Origin: Spirochaetia bacterium
GTDB taxonomy: Bacteria > Spirochaetota > Spirochaetia > CAKZLE01
Assembly: GCA_963677595.1 (NCBI GenBank)
Contig: OY782041.1
Location: 3,968,001-4,032,000 of the forward strand
Direction: 5' to 3'
Length of the DNA stretch: 64,000 bases
Within the stretch, counting starts at the first letter, position 1; each line of letters starts with the position of its first letter. The notes under the pieces are model-generated. The model was not told where the DNA came from and ran no database searches. It saw only the letters and a list, made by a program, of their open reading frames with translations. Below, piece by piece: positions 1-9,371 of this stretch. Position numbers and translations under genes: made by a program.

Positions 1-695
1 GATAACCCGATGATTCGTCTTTCAGTCTCTACTGAACGGACCACGGTCGGGCCAACGGCACCGAAGGTGAGCCTGATATCATCTATACGGCCGGCTTTCA
101 CTGAAGCCAGTCCGCAGAAGGATAATTTGGACAAGGCATTCGCCTTCCTCGTCCCAACTTTCCGGTACGATGCCGTGGTGAAGGATTCGATGGGGATGAT
201 GACGGCAGTCATCAGTTCATCCTCCGCGAGGTCCTTCCTCCCCGGCCCGGTTATGAAGTCCATGATCGGGATCTCCCGCTGTCCGCGCAGCGAACTCAGC
301 TGTACCTTCCCATTCAGGGCATAAAGCACGCTGATCGTATCACCGGCAGGAGATGCGTTGCAGATATTACCCGCGACCGTCCCGAGATTCCTCAGGGCAG
401 GAGCCGCCATCTGGCTGACAGCAGTCCTCAGCATCTTCGGTACCTGGGGATCGTGCTCCACCTCCGAGAGGGTCGCACCAGCCCCGATCATGAGCTCCTT
501 TCCCCTCACCTCGATGAACTTCAGTTCCCCCAGGTGGTTGATGAACAGGACCGGCCAGGGGAATCCCGGCAGGGTCCCGGCCAAGCTCCTGTACCGCACC
601 ATCAGGTCGGTCCCGCCGGCGAGCGGCACCGCATGTGTCGCTTCCCGGATCTTCAGGGCCTCTTCGAGCGTCTGTGGTCTATAGGTCTCTACCAT
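1..695 (-). CDS. xdhB: Xanthine dehydrogenase-family FAD-binding subunit (partial, runs off window start)
   Basis: Minus-strand translation from ATG 695: MVETYRPQTLEEALKIREATHAVPLAGGTDLMV..., with later RNLGTVAGNICNASPAGD. Overlaps the stop of the FeS subunit gene. Not in the ORF track. Confidence 0.88.
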   Translation of the reverse strand, partial: MVETYRPQTLEEALKIREATHAVPLAGGTDLMVRYRSLAGTLPGFPWPVLFINHLGELKFIEVRGKELMIGAGATLSEVEHDPQVPKMLRTAVSQMAAPALRNLGTVAGNICNASPAGDTISVLYALNGKVQLSSLRGQREIPIMDFITGPGRKDLAEDELMTAVIIPIESFTTASYRKVGTRKANALSKLSFCGLASVKAGRIDDIRLTFGAVGPTVVRSVETERRIIGL

Positions 696-1162
696 ATGCT
701 GTCCCCCCGCTCCGATGCGAGCTGGACTCCCTTGATGATCATGTCGTAGCCGGTACACCTGCAGAGGTTCCCGGACAACCCGACCTTGATCTCATCGACC
801 GTCGGATGGGGGTTCGCTCTCAGCAGGGCAACGGAAGCCATGACCATCCCAGGGGTGCAGAAACCGCACTGCACCGCCCCGGAGTCGGCGAAGGCTTCGA
901 TGATGCATCGCCCCTCGTCAGTCTCACGGAGTCCCTCGAGGGTCTCGATGGTCGAACCGTGCACCGTGCCGATCGGCACCATGCAGGAGTTCACCAGGCA
1001 GCCGTCCTTCAGGACGGAACAAGCCCCGCATTCACCCTCGCCGCAGCCTTCCTTGACACCCGTGAGCCCGAGGTCCTCCCTGAGCACGTCTAGCAGCCGC
1101 ATCTCGCCGGGACCGGTCACGGTTGTCTCCTTGTTGTTGAGTATGAACGTCACGTCATGCAC
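689..1162 (-). CDS. xdhC: Xanthine dehydrogenase-family [2Fe-2S] subunit
   Basis: GVKEGCGEGECGAC, QCGFCTPG and GNLCRCTGY motifs. Confidence 0.93.
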   Translation of the reverse strand: MHDVTFILNNKETTVTGPGEMRLLDVLREDLGLTGVKEGCGEGECGACSVLKDGCLVNSCMVPIGTVHGSTIETLEGLRETDEGRCIIEAFADSGAVQCGFCTPGMVMASVALLRANPHPTVDEIKVGLSGNLCRCTGYDMIIKGVQLASERGDSIW

Positions 1163-3296
1163 GACTCTTCACCTCCATGATGTATTCCGGGGTCACCGGT
1201 ATCCTGTAGAGGTTCTTCCCGATCGCATGTTCCACCGCATCGGCGAATGCCGCTGCAGCACCGTCGAAGACGAGCTCCCCGAGCCCTTTCGCCCCGTAGG
1301 GGCCGTTCTCATAGGGGTTCTCTACCAGATGGCTGTGCATCATCGGGAAATCCATCGAAGTCGGGATGATGTAGTCCGCCAGCGTGTTCTGCACGAAACG
1401 TCCGTCCCGGTATTCCAGCTTCTCCAGAGACCCGTAGCCCAGGGCCTGGACGACACCGCCGTTCACCTGGCCGTGCACGATCATCTCGTCGATCGCGACC
1501 CCGATATCATGGGCAGTCCAGATGCCCTTCGTCTCCACCTCGCCGGTAGCCGGGTCCACCTCGACCTCGATGACGCATACGCCCCAGCCGAAGGCGGGGT
1601 AGGCATCACCCTGGAGGGTCTCCTGATTCCAGCTAAGGCCTTCGGGATGGACATAATGCACCGTGACCTCGACCTCTTCACCCTCTTCCCACTGGGCCTT
1701 GAGCTTGAGCGAAGCACGCTCCACGAGCTTGCCCACGACCATCAGCGACCGTGATGCCACGGTCGGCCCGGAATCCGGGACTACCGATGTGTCAGGGTTG
1801 TCGCAGGAGATCTTCTCGATCGGGATCCCCAGCACGGCTGCCGCGATCTTCGGGAAGGTGGTCTGGAGTCCCTGCCCCATCTCCACATTCGAGAGGAGGA
1901 TCTCAACCGTGCCGTCCTTATGCTTGCGCATCTTCAGTTCGGCCTTGATGATCTCCTGTTCGCCGTTCCCAGTGAAACCGGCTCCATGCTGGTAGAAGGC
2001 GATGCCGATCCCCTTCCCCTTGCCGGGGGTGTATGATCCAAGTTTCCTGATGAATCCTGAATCTTCATCGACAACATCCACCATCTCCTCGAGCTTCACG
2101 ATGTCATGCATGATGCCGTTGGTGATGGTAGTATCGCCCTGCTTCATGAAGCGCTGCCGCTTGTACTCGAGCGGGCTGATCCCGAGGGATCGTGCTATAT
2201 GGGACATGTGCATCTCTGCGAGGAAGATCCCCTGCGGGGCACCGAAGCCCCGGAAGGCATCAGAGGGGAAGCAGTTGGTCGCCACCGACCGGCCCCTCAC
2301 ATGGACGTTCTCTATATTATAGACGCTGTTGATGGAGAAGATCGCCCGCTGCAGCACGATGTTGGAACAGCTCATATAGGCACCGGCGTTGATGGTCACA
2401 TCGACCTCCATCGCCACGATGTTCCCGTCAGCATCGAGGCCTGTCCTGAATCTTCCCCGGCTCGGGTGCCTCTTGGCCGTGAAGCTTATATCCTCTTTCC
2501 GGTCGAAGACCACCTGGATCGGCTTTCGCACCTTGTTCACCGCGACCACGAGCGGGGCGGCGATGATGTCCGGGAAGTGCTCCTTCCCGCCGAACGCCCC
2601 GCCTGTCACGGCCTGGCGCACGACTATCCGCTTCTTGTCGATGTTCAGCACGTTCCCCACTGCCTTCCGCAGATAGAAGGGACACTGGCATGAGGCGACG
2701 AGCACGAACCGGTCCTCATCGTCATAGTAGCCTACGATCCCCTGGGGTTCCATGTAGACATGCTCCTGGTAGCCGGTGGTGATCTCATCCTCGAAGATCG
2801 TGACGGCCTTCTTGAAGCCTGCTTCCACATCGCCCTTGTTCAGGTCGTAATCACCGAAGGTGTTGTGTTCACCGAAGATCTTCCCGCTCTTGAGAGCGAG
2901 GCCCTCGTCTATGGTGAGGGCGGGAAGGAGGTCCTCATACTCGATCTCGATCTGGTCCTCGAGCTCAAGGATCGTCTGGCGATCCGGTCCCACGAGCATC
3001 CCGACCGTCTCACCGTAGAACATCACCTCGTCGGCGACGAAGACCGGCCAGTCGTTCCCAATCTGCTGGATCTCGTTCCTGCCGCCTGCGGGTATATCAT
3101 CCTTGGTGATGAAATAGTACCCCTCCGGCAGGTCAGGGCAGCTGATGCTCCTGATCCTCGCATGAGAGCGCAGGGCACGGACCAGCCGGCCGTATTGAAG
3201 ATCCTCGAACCCCATGTCCGAGAGATACTTCGTCACACCGCCGGCCTTGTCCACTGCATCGACTCTGCGGATAGATTCACTGATTCTCTTCTTCAT
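1155..3296 (-). CDS. xdhA: Xanthine dehydrogenase-family molybdopterin-binding subunit
   Basis: QEHVYMEPQG, GGAFGGKE, AFRGFGAPQ, EMGQG and GAKGLGE motifs. Start moved to MKKRISES (3296) behind a GGAGG SD. Confidence 0.9.
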   Translation of the reverse strand: MKKRISESIRRVDAVDKAGGVTKYLSDMGFEDLQYGRLVRALRSHARIRSISCPDLPEGYYFITKDDIPAGGRNEIQQIGNDWPVFVADEVMFYGETVGMLVGPDRQTILELEDQIEIEYEDLLPALTIDEGLALKSGKIFGEHNTFGDYDLNKGDVEAGFKKAVTIFEDEITTGYQEHVYMEPQGIVGYYDDEDRFVLVASCQCPFYLRKAVGNVLNIDKKRIVVRQAVTGGAFGGKEHFPDIIAAPLVVAVNKVRKPIQVVFDRKEDISFTAKRHPSRGRFRTGLDADGNIVAMEVDVTINAGAYMSCSNIVLQRAIFSINSVYNIENVHVRGRSVATNCFPSDAFRGFGAPQGIFLAEMHMSHIARSLGISPLEYKRQRFMKQGDTTITNGIMHDIVKLEEMVDVVDEDSGFIRKLGSYTPGKGKGIGIAFYQHGAGFTGNGEQEIIKAELKMRKHKDGTVEILLSNVEMGQGLQTTFPKIAAAVLGIPIEKISCDNPDTSVVPDSGPTVASRSLMVVGKLVERASLKLKAQWEEGEEVEVTVHYVHPEGLSWNQETLQGDAYPAFGWGVCVIEVEVDPATGEVETKGIWTAHDIGVAIDEMIVHGQVNGGVVQALGYGSLEKLEYRDGRFVQNTLADYIIPTSMDFPMMHSHLVENPYENGPYGAKGLGELVFDGAAAAFADAVEHAIGKNLYRIPVTPEYIMEVKSRA

Positions 3297-3327
3297 ATAT
3301 TTCAGTTCCTCCGCATCTTCTAATATA

Positions 3328-4548
3328 CTAATTCTTCCCCTCCAGCGAATAGGGCAGCATCGCATAGAATGCCGCACAGATCTCCAGGTCATCTACCCGG
3401 TTGATCTCATTCGGTGCATGTGCCTGGGCCTCGTCCCCGGGGCCGAACCCGATTGCGGGGATCTTGTGCCGTCCGGTCGTTGCCACGCAGTTGGTCGAGA
3501 AGGTCCACTTGTCCACGACCGGCTCCTTCCCGAAGAGGGCCTGGTAGGATTCGACGCCTGACTCGACGAGATAGTGATCTGCAGGGATCTTCCAGGTCGG
3601 GAAATAGAGTTCCTGCCCGTAATCGGTGCCTTTCCAGCCCCGTTTCGTATACTCCGGCATGATGACCTTGATCGATTCTTCCGATTCCCCGATCGCCTTG
3701 GACATATACTGCTTCACCTGGCTGATGGCCAACTCTGCATCCTCGCCCCAGGTCAACCTGCGGTCAAGGTAGATCATCGCCTGGTCAGGTACGGCACACT
3801 GGGACGGGCCCTTCACGTCGATCTGGGAGACGACGATCGTCCCCTTCCCGAGGAAGTTGTCATCATCGGGCTTGAGGTCGGCATTGAGTTGCTCCATAGC
3901 CAGGGTGGCTTTCGCAGCCTTGTAGGCAGCGCTCACTCCCCGCTCCGGGGCGGAACCATGGGAAGATACGCCCTTGATGAAGGCCTGGATCTCCATCCTT
4001 CCCCGATGCCCGCGGTAGATCCTGCAGGAGGTCGGTTCGGTAGAGACCACGAGATCCGGCTTGAAGCCCTCTTCCTCGATCAGGTACTTCCAGCACATCC
4101 CGTCACAGTCCTCTTCCATGACCGTGAAGGTGAAGTAAACACTGTACTCGCCGCCGTAACCGAGTTCCTTGAGGATCCTTCCGGCAGTGATCATGGAAGC
4201 CGCACCGCCCTTCTGGTCGGAGGTCCCCCTTCCGAGCACCAGGCCGTCCTTGATCGTCCCGCAGAAGGGATCGAATTCCCACTGGGACGGGTCACCGACC
4301 TCGACCGTGTCTATATGGGCATCGAAGGCGATCGCCTTCGGGCCGTACCCGACCCTGCCGACGACGCTGCCAAGCCCGTCGATTCGCACCTCGTCGAAAC
4401 CAGCCTCCTCACAGAGGGTGACGATGAGACGGCAGACCTCTTCCTCCTTACTGCTGTAGGATTTGGCCTGTACCATCTTCGAAAGGTTGATCGCGGTATA
4501 ATCGCGGTACTTCTTCGCAAGTTCTGAAATCTGTTTCTGCATCTCCAT
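3328..4548 (-). CDS. ygeY: YgeY-family M20 hydrolase (purine/Se-linked cluster)
   Basis: FDAHIDTV, GRGTSDQKGG, EEDCDG, WTFSTN and GFGPGDEAQAHAPNE motifs. Syntenic with ssnA and ygfK. Confidence 0.9.
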   Translation of the reverse strand: MEMQKQISELAKKYRDYTAINLSKMVQAKSYSSKEEEVCRLIVTLCEEAGFDEVRIDGLGSVVGRVGYGPKAIAFDAHIDTVEVGDPSQWEFDPFCGTIKDGLVLGRGTSDQKGGAASMITAGRILKELGYGGEYSVYFTFTVMEEDCDGMCWKYLIEEEGFKPDLVVSTEPTSCRIYRGHRGRMEIQAFIKGVSSHGSAPERGVSAAYKAAKATLAMEQLNADLKPDDDNFLGKGTIVVSQIDVKGPSQCAVPDQAMIYLDRRLTWGEDAELAISQVKQYMSKAIGESEESIKVIMPEYTKRGWKGTDYGQELYFPTWKIPADHYLVESGVESYQALFGKEPVVDKWTFSTNCVATTGRHKIPAIGFGPGDEAQAHAPNEINRVDDLEICAAFYAMLPYSLEGKN

Positions 4549-4608
4549 CCTATATCTCTCCTGATTCTGTTATATTGTTATAGTCACGTATGACGTTACG
4601 TCCATCTG

Positions 4609-5943
4609 TTACACCAGTGAATCCACCCGTTCCCAGACTCTTTCAGCTGACTGTGCGGCATCCGCATAGACCTTCTTCACATCGAAGGGGAACTCCCTGT
4701 TTCTCATGACGAACCTCCCGTTCACCATCACGCTGTTCACACTACCGGACCCGAGCCCGAATGCGATATGACCCGCGATGTTATCAGCGACGATCGGGGT
4801 CGGTGAGGCGTAGTCGCTGAGCACCAGGTCTGCCTTGTACCCCGGTGCGACCCGCCCGAAGCTCGATCCAAAATAACGCTTCAGGATCTCGTTGCCGCGA
4901 GTCAGGGCTGTGAGGAAGTCTCCCGGCCACCAGGGGCCGCCTGCATCGCGGTGCTTGAAGAAGGCGAACTTGAGCTCCTCGAACATGTCAGCCCCGATCC
5001 CGTCGGTTCCGAGGACCAGGTTCCTGATCTTCGGGAGGTTCCTGTTGTAGCCGACATGGTTGTTCATGTTCGACCTCGCGTTATGGGCAAGGAATGCATC
5101 CCGCTCATTGAACAGGGCTATCTCATCTTCTGAGAGGAAGATCCCGTGAACGAGGATGGTCTTGTCATCAAGGAGCCCGAACTCATCGAGCCGCCTCACG
5201 ATATCCTTCCGGTACTGGTGGTGTGACCAGGAGACATCATAGAGGTCTTCTGCAACATGGAGGTGCATGCCCCTACCTGTCTCCTTCACCGCTCCTGCCA
5301 TCAGCTCGAGCCCCTCATCCGAGATCGTGAAGGGTGCGTGGCCGCCGATTGCTGCCTCGACGAGATAGGGACTCTTGGGGTCGTTCCGGTCAGCCTCGAC
5401 CTCACGGGCGAAGGCGATGTTCTCCTCGACCCCGGCCTTCAGCTCTGCTGAACCGCCGTTGCGGTCGGTCACCTCATAGCAGGTCATGCCGCGCAGGCCG
5501 GTCTCCTCGAACCCCCGCTTGATCTGGTGCAGGGATCCCCGGATGTAGTTCGGGCTTGCATGATGGTCGATCACGGCAGTGGTACCGGCCTTGATCGCGT
5601 CGATGGAGCAGATCATCGAGGAGTAGTAGGTCGACTCCTCATCGAGGGCCCGGTCCATCCTCCACCAGAGGTTCTGCAGTGTGGAGATGAAATCAGGGGA
5701 CGGCGGTATGGATGCCGTGATCCCCCTCGAGAGACCTGAATAGTAGTGATGGTGGGAACAGACCATGCCAGGATGCACGATCCTCCCACCCGCTTCGATA
5801 AGCTCATCAGCTTCCACCCCTGCACCGGCACCCGGACCGACAGCGGTGATGAGGTCATCGTCAATGACGATATCTACAGCCTCTGTCACTGAACAGGGGG
5901 AGAACTCCACCAGGGTAGCATTTCTAATTACTGTCTTTGCCAT
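4609..5943 (-). CDS. ssnA: SsnA-family amidohydrolase
   Basis: CSHHHYYSGLSRG, DHHASP, HNARSNMNN and GTDGIGADM motifs. Confidence 0.9.
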   Translation of the reverse strand: MAKTVIRNATLVEFSPCSVTEAVDIVIDDDLITAVGPGAGAGVEADELIEAGGRIVHPGMVCSHHHYYSGLSRGITASIPPSPDFISTLQNLWWRMDRALDEESTYYSSMICSIDAIKAGTTAVIDHHASPNYIRGSLHQIKRGFEETGLRGMTCYEVTDRNGGSAELKAGVEENIAFAREVEADRNDPKSPYLVEAAIGGHAPFTISDEGLELMAGAVKETGRGMHLHVAEDLYDVSWSHHQYRKDIVRRLDEFGLLDDKTILVHGIFLSEDEIALFNERDAFLAHNARSNMNNHVGYNRNLPKIRNLVLGTDGIGADMFEELKFAFFKHRDAGGPWWPGDFLTALTRGNEILKRYFGSSFGRVAPGYKADLVLSDYASPTPIVADNIAGHIAFGLGSGSVNSVMVNGRFVMRNREFPFDVKKVYADAAQSAERVWERVDSLV

Positions 5944-5944
5944 A

Positions 5945-8900
5945 TCACTCTCCTACGGGACCGAGCAGGAAGCCGTAGTACCCGATGATCGTCTCGACCA
6001 GGGCGGCAGCCTGCTCCTCGATATCTGCATCGACCCTGCCGTCAGGGCCTATCCCTGCCTGGGAGACCTCTCCAGCGAGTCGCAGCGTCAGGACTCCGTT
6101 TTCCAGGAGCATCCCGTCATTCTCCGAGCTGCGGAAGTCATCCTCCCTGCTGAAGACCGTGAACTTATCGGTATAGGGACGTCCTTCCCAGGGGCAGAAG
6201 GTCGCACAGTTCCCGCACTCATTGCAGTAGGCGTCGATATGGACGATCTGGTAGGGGTTATCGAAGAGCCCGGTTTCCCGGACATCGATCGCCATGTTCG
6301 CCCGGTTCGGGCATACTTCCACGCACTTGTTGCAGATATAGCTGCATTCGAGGCAGCGTCTTGCCTCGATCCGGCCGAACTCCGCATCACTGATGCCAGG
6401 CCCGGCTGCTTCCAGGAGCACACCCTTCTTTTCCGTGATCTCACCGAAGAAGGCATCCTCAGCCTCCTCGATCCCGGCAGCCTCTTCTTCGGAGAGTTCC
6501 TCGAACTCATCTTCATGATCGTGATCGTGATCATGCTCCTCCTCAGGACCAAGGATGCTGTCTATGGCAGCTTCCACCGCCTTCCTGGCACTTGCGATGC
6601 ACTGTACGACGGTCGAGGGACCGCTCTGTGCGTCACCGATCATGTAGACCCCTTCTGTCTCTGTCTGGAGGGTATCGTCATCGACGATCGCCCATCCCTT
6701 GGGATTCACCGATATGCCCATTCCTTCGAGTGCGGCCGTATCGACATGTTCGCCGATCGCGGTGATCATGGTATCGACATGCAGGGAGACCGTCTTCTCT
6801 GTCGGTACCGGTCTCCTCCTGCCGCTGGAATCGGGCTCCCCGAGCTCCATCACCCTGCAGGTGAGCTCACCATCGGGGGTGAGGGATTCTGGGTTCGTGA
6901 GGAAGCTGAAGACCGCACCGTCTGAGATCGCGTTCTCATACTCCTCGAGGTCTGCGGGCATCTCCTTCTTCGTCCTCCGGTAGAGGACGTTCACGCTCTC
7001 CACCCCGTCGATCGTGAGGGCTGCCCTCGCACTGTCCATGGCAGTGTTGCCGCCGCCGATGACCGCTACATGCTTCCCGAGGCTCAGGGATGAAGGGTCC
7101 TTCCGGTAGGTCCCCAGGAGATCGAGGGCCTCGATGACCCTGCTCCTATCGCCTTCGAGCGGGATGGGGTTATCCTTCTCCGCACCCACGGCTACGAAGA
7201 TGTGGTCGAAGCCCTTTCCCTTGAGGGAACTGATGGTGATCTCCTCAGGTTCTGCCCCGAAGACGAAATTCACGCCATGTTTCCTGATGAACTCTATATC
7301 GGCCTCGATGGCCTCGACCGGGAGCCTGAAGCCCGGGATCACATGCCGTACGACACCCCCGGCACTCTCCTCACGCTCGAAGACAGTGACGACGAACCCG
7401 GCCCGTGCCAGGAAGTAGGCTGCGGAGAGCCCGGCGGGACCTGCCCCGATCACCGCAGCCTGGAAGTCACTCTTGAACGGTGCTTCCCAGCTCTCGATAT
7501 ACTCCTCGAATCCGTTGTCCACGGCGATGCGCTTCATCTCACGGATCTGCACAGCCCCCTCGTAATCGAGCCTGGTGCAGTTGTACATGCACTGGTGGTC
7601 GCAGATGTGACCGGTGATGTTCGGGAGCGCGTTCTTGTCATAGATGACCGACAAGGCCTGGGCATAGTCTCCCTCACCCACGAGGTAGAGGTATTCCGGT
7701 ACGTCCTGCCCGATCGGGCAGGCAACCGTGCAGGGTGCGACATAACAGTCGAACAGCGGCAGCGGTGCCCCGGTCGTGATCCTGTCGGTACCCCGGTAAT
7801 CCTTCGTAGCGTAATCGGCACTCACGGCTTCCGATGCGAGGGCTTCGAGCTTCACGAGGTCTATCGAATCCGCATCCCAGCCTTCGGCGGCCTCGCAGAT
7901 CTCAGCGATCTGCTTCATGCGCACATATCCGCCGGGCTTGAGCATCTCCGTGGCCATGGTGATCGGGTGGATCCCCGTCTCGAAGAGCTTCTGTATGTTC
8001 CCGGCATTCGCACCACCGGAATAGGAGATCGGCAGGCTGCCGTCAAATTCACAAGAAAGTTTGTATGCGAGGTTGACGCTCAGCGGGAAGAGGGCCCTTC
8101 CCGACATGTACATCTCCTCACCCGGGAGTTCACCCTGGTCATTCACTGAGCCGAGGGTATTGGTCAGCTTGACACCGAACTTCCGCCCCTGCTCCTTCGC
8201 AAGTGCTCTGAGACGTGTCAGCATAGCGACCGCATCGGGGTACTGCAGGTCATGATCGAAGGACTCCCTCTTCAGGTGGAGGTACTCATAGCCGAGACCG
8301 TCGAGGGTCTCCCTGACGAAGTCATACCCCAGGAGGGTCGGGTTCAGCTTCACGAAGGTGTCGATCTGCTTCTCTGCAAGCATGTAGGAGCAGATGGCCT
8401 CGATCTCGGCAGGGGGGCACCCATGCATGGTGGAGAGGGTCACTGACGGTGAGACCGTCCGGCTGATCCGGCTGCCGATACCCTTCAGGAGGGCATAATC
8501 TATCCCCTCACCCATCCCGTCGAGGAACTCCCCCTCACCGATGAGCTGCTCGAGCTCCTCTATATAGGAAGAGAACAGCTCATTCTTCGATGAGTCGAGC
8601 ATCGAGTCGATATAGGTCTGCATCTTAGCCGTCTTGATCCCCTCGAGGTCATAGCCAACGCTCATGTTGAAGATGAAGGAGGGCTCGGCTACCTGCTCCC
8701 CGGTAAGTACCTCTTCTAAGAGGTGGAGGATGATCCACGCCTTGATATACTCATCATACGCCTTCTCAAGGGTGTACTCGGTGGACCATTCCACATTATA
8801 CGCCTCATCCCTGGCATCGATGCACGGCTTGTCGATCTCAAGGGTATCAAGCTTCTGGACGGTCTTCAGTTCCATGAACCGACCGCCTGCAAGATAGGAT

Positions 8901-9112
8901 GTGATGATATTCTGTGCCAGCTGGGTATGGGGACCCGCAGCAGGACCTACCGGGGTGGAACAGTGCTGGTTGAGTACCTGTACCTTCCGTCCCGTCGTCT
9001 TCTCGAAGAACTGTTCCCTGTCGATACCGAAGATCGATTGGTTAGCCATGAACTCGGCACTCATCCTGCCGATCAGTTCCCGGAAAGGGACAGGTCTCAT
9101 ACTATCACCCAT
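5945..9112 (-). CDS. ygfK: YgfK flavin/FeS oxidoreductase (putative selenate reductase / purine-pathway reductase)
   Basis: GPAAGPHTQLAQNI, DEAYNVEWSTE, STMHGCPP and GEEMYMSG motifs, a GAGPAG Rossmann fold and a C-terminal ferredoxin (CNECGNC). Start at MGDSMRP behind a GGAG SD. Confidence 0.93.
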   Translation of the reverse strand: MGDSMRPVPFRELIGRMSAEFMANQSIFGIDREQFFEKTTGRKVQVLNQHCSTPVGPAAGPHTQLAQNIITSYLAGGRFMELKTVQKLDTLEIDKPCIDARDEAYNVEWSTEYTLEKAYDEYIKAWIILHLLEEVLTGEQVAEPSFIFNMSVGYDLEGIKTAKMQTYIDSMLDSSKNELFSSYIEELEQLIGEGEFLDGMGEGIDYALLKGIGSRISRTVSPSVTLSTMHGCPPAEIEAICSYMLAEKQIDTFVKLNPTLLGYDFVRETLDGLGYEYLHLKRESFDHDLQYPDAVAMLTRLRALAKEQGRKFGVKLTNTLGSVNDQGELPGEEMYMSGRALFPLSVNLAYKLSCEFDGSLPISYSGGANAGNIQKLFETGIHPITMATEMLKPGGYVRMKQIAEICEAAEGWDADSIDLVKLEALASEAVSADYATKDYRGTDRITTGAPLPLFDCYVAPCTVACPIGQDVPEYLYLVGEGDYAQALSVIYDKNALPNITGHICDHQCMYNCTRLDYEGAVQIREMKRIAVDNGFEEYIESWEAPFKSDFQAAVIGAGPAGLSAAYFLARAGFVVTVFEREESAGGVVRHVIPGFRLPVEAIEADIEFIRKHGVNFVFGAEPEEITISSLKGKGFDHIFVAVGAEKDNPIPLEGDRSRVIEALDLLGTYRKDPSSLSLGKHVAVIGGGNTAMDSARAALTIDGVESVNVLYRRTKKEMPADLEEYENAISDGAVFSFLTNPESLTPDGELTCRVMELGEPDSSGRRRPVPTEKTVSLHVDTMITAIGEHVDTAALEGMGISVNPKGWAIVDDDTLQTETEGVYMIGDAQSGPSTVVQCIASARKAVEAAIDSILGPEEEHDHDHDHEDEFEELSEEEAAGIEEAEDAFFGEITEKKGVLLEAAGPGISDAEFGRIEARRCLECSYICNKCVEVCPNRANMAIDVRETGLFDNPYQIVHIDAYCNECGNCATFCPWEGRPYTDKFTVFSREDDFRSSENDGMLLENGVLTLRLAGEVSQAGIGPDGRVDADIEEQAAALVETIIGYYGFLLGPVGE

Positions 9113-9154
9113 AATCACTCCTCCATAACCGTAATTCAATAAACCCTATCCTTC

Positions 9155-9182
9155 ATTGTACTGTCAAAAGAACTTCTGTCAA
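9155..9182 (-). promoter_or_regulatory. Sigma70-like promoter of the ygfK-ssnA-ygeY-xdh operon
   Basis: Minus strand TTGACA-16 bp-TACAAT. Confidence 0.6.
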
Positions 9183-9371
9183 TAAAAAGTTGCAACAATC
9201 TGCAACAATTGATATATTTGCATAAAATAAATATTGACTTTACAACCCAATTGGTGTAAAAGGTAAGAATTGGTGGAATATTCTACGTATTCGTAAATAT
9301 TCTATTTCATATTTGGTTTTTTACGAAATCGTAATATAATAAAAACTGATATCTGAATTGGAGGAGAAGTT

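Noticed and set aside
1-9112. Selenocysteine read-through in the Se-associated cluster
   Set aside because: The complete genes are full length without an in-frame TGA.
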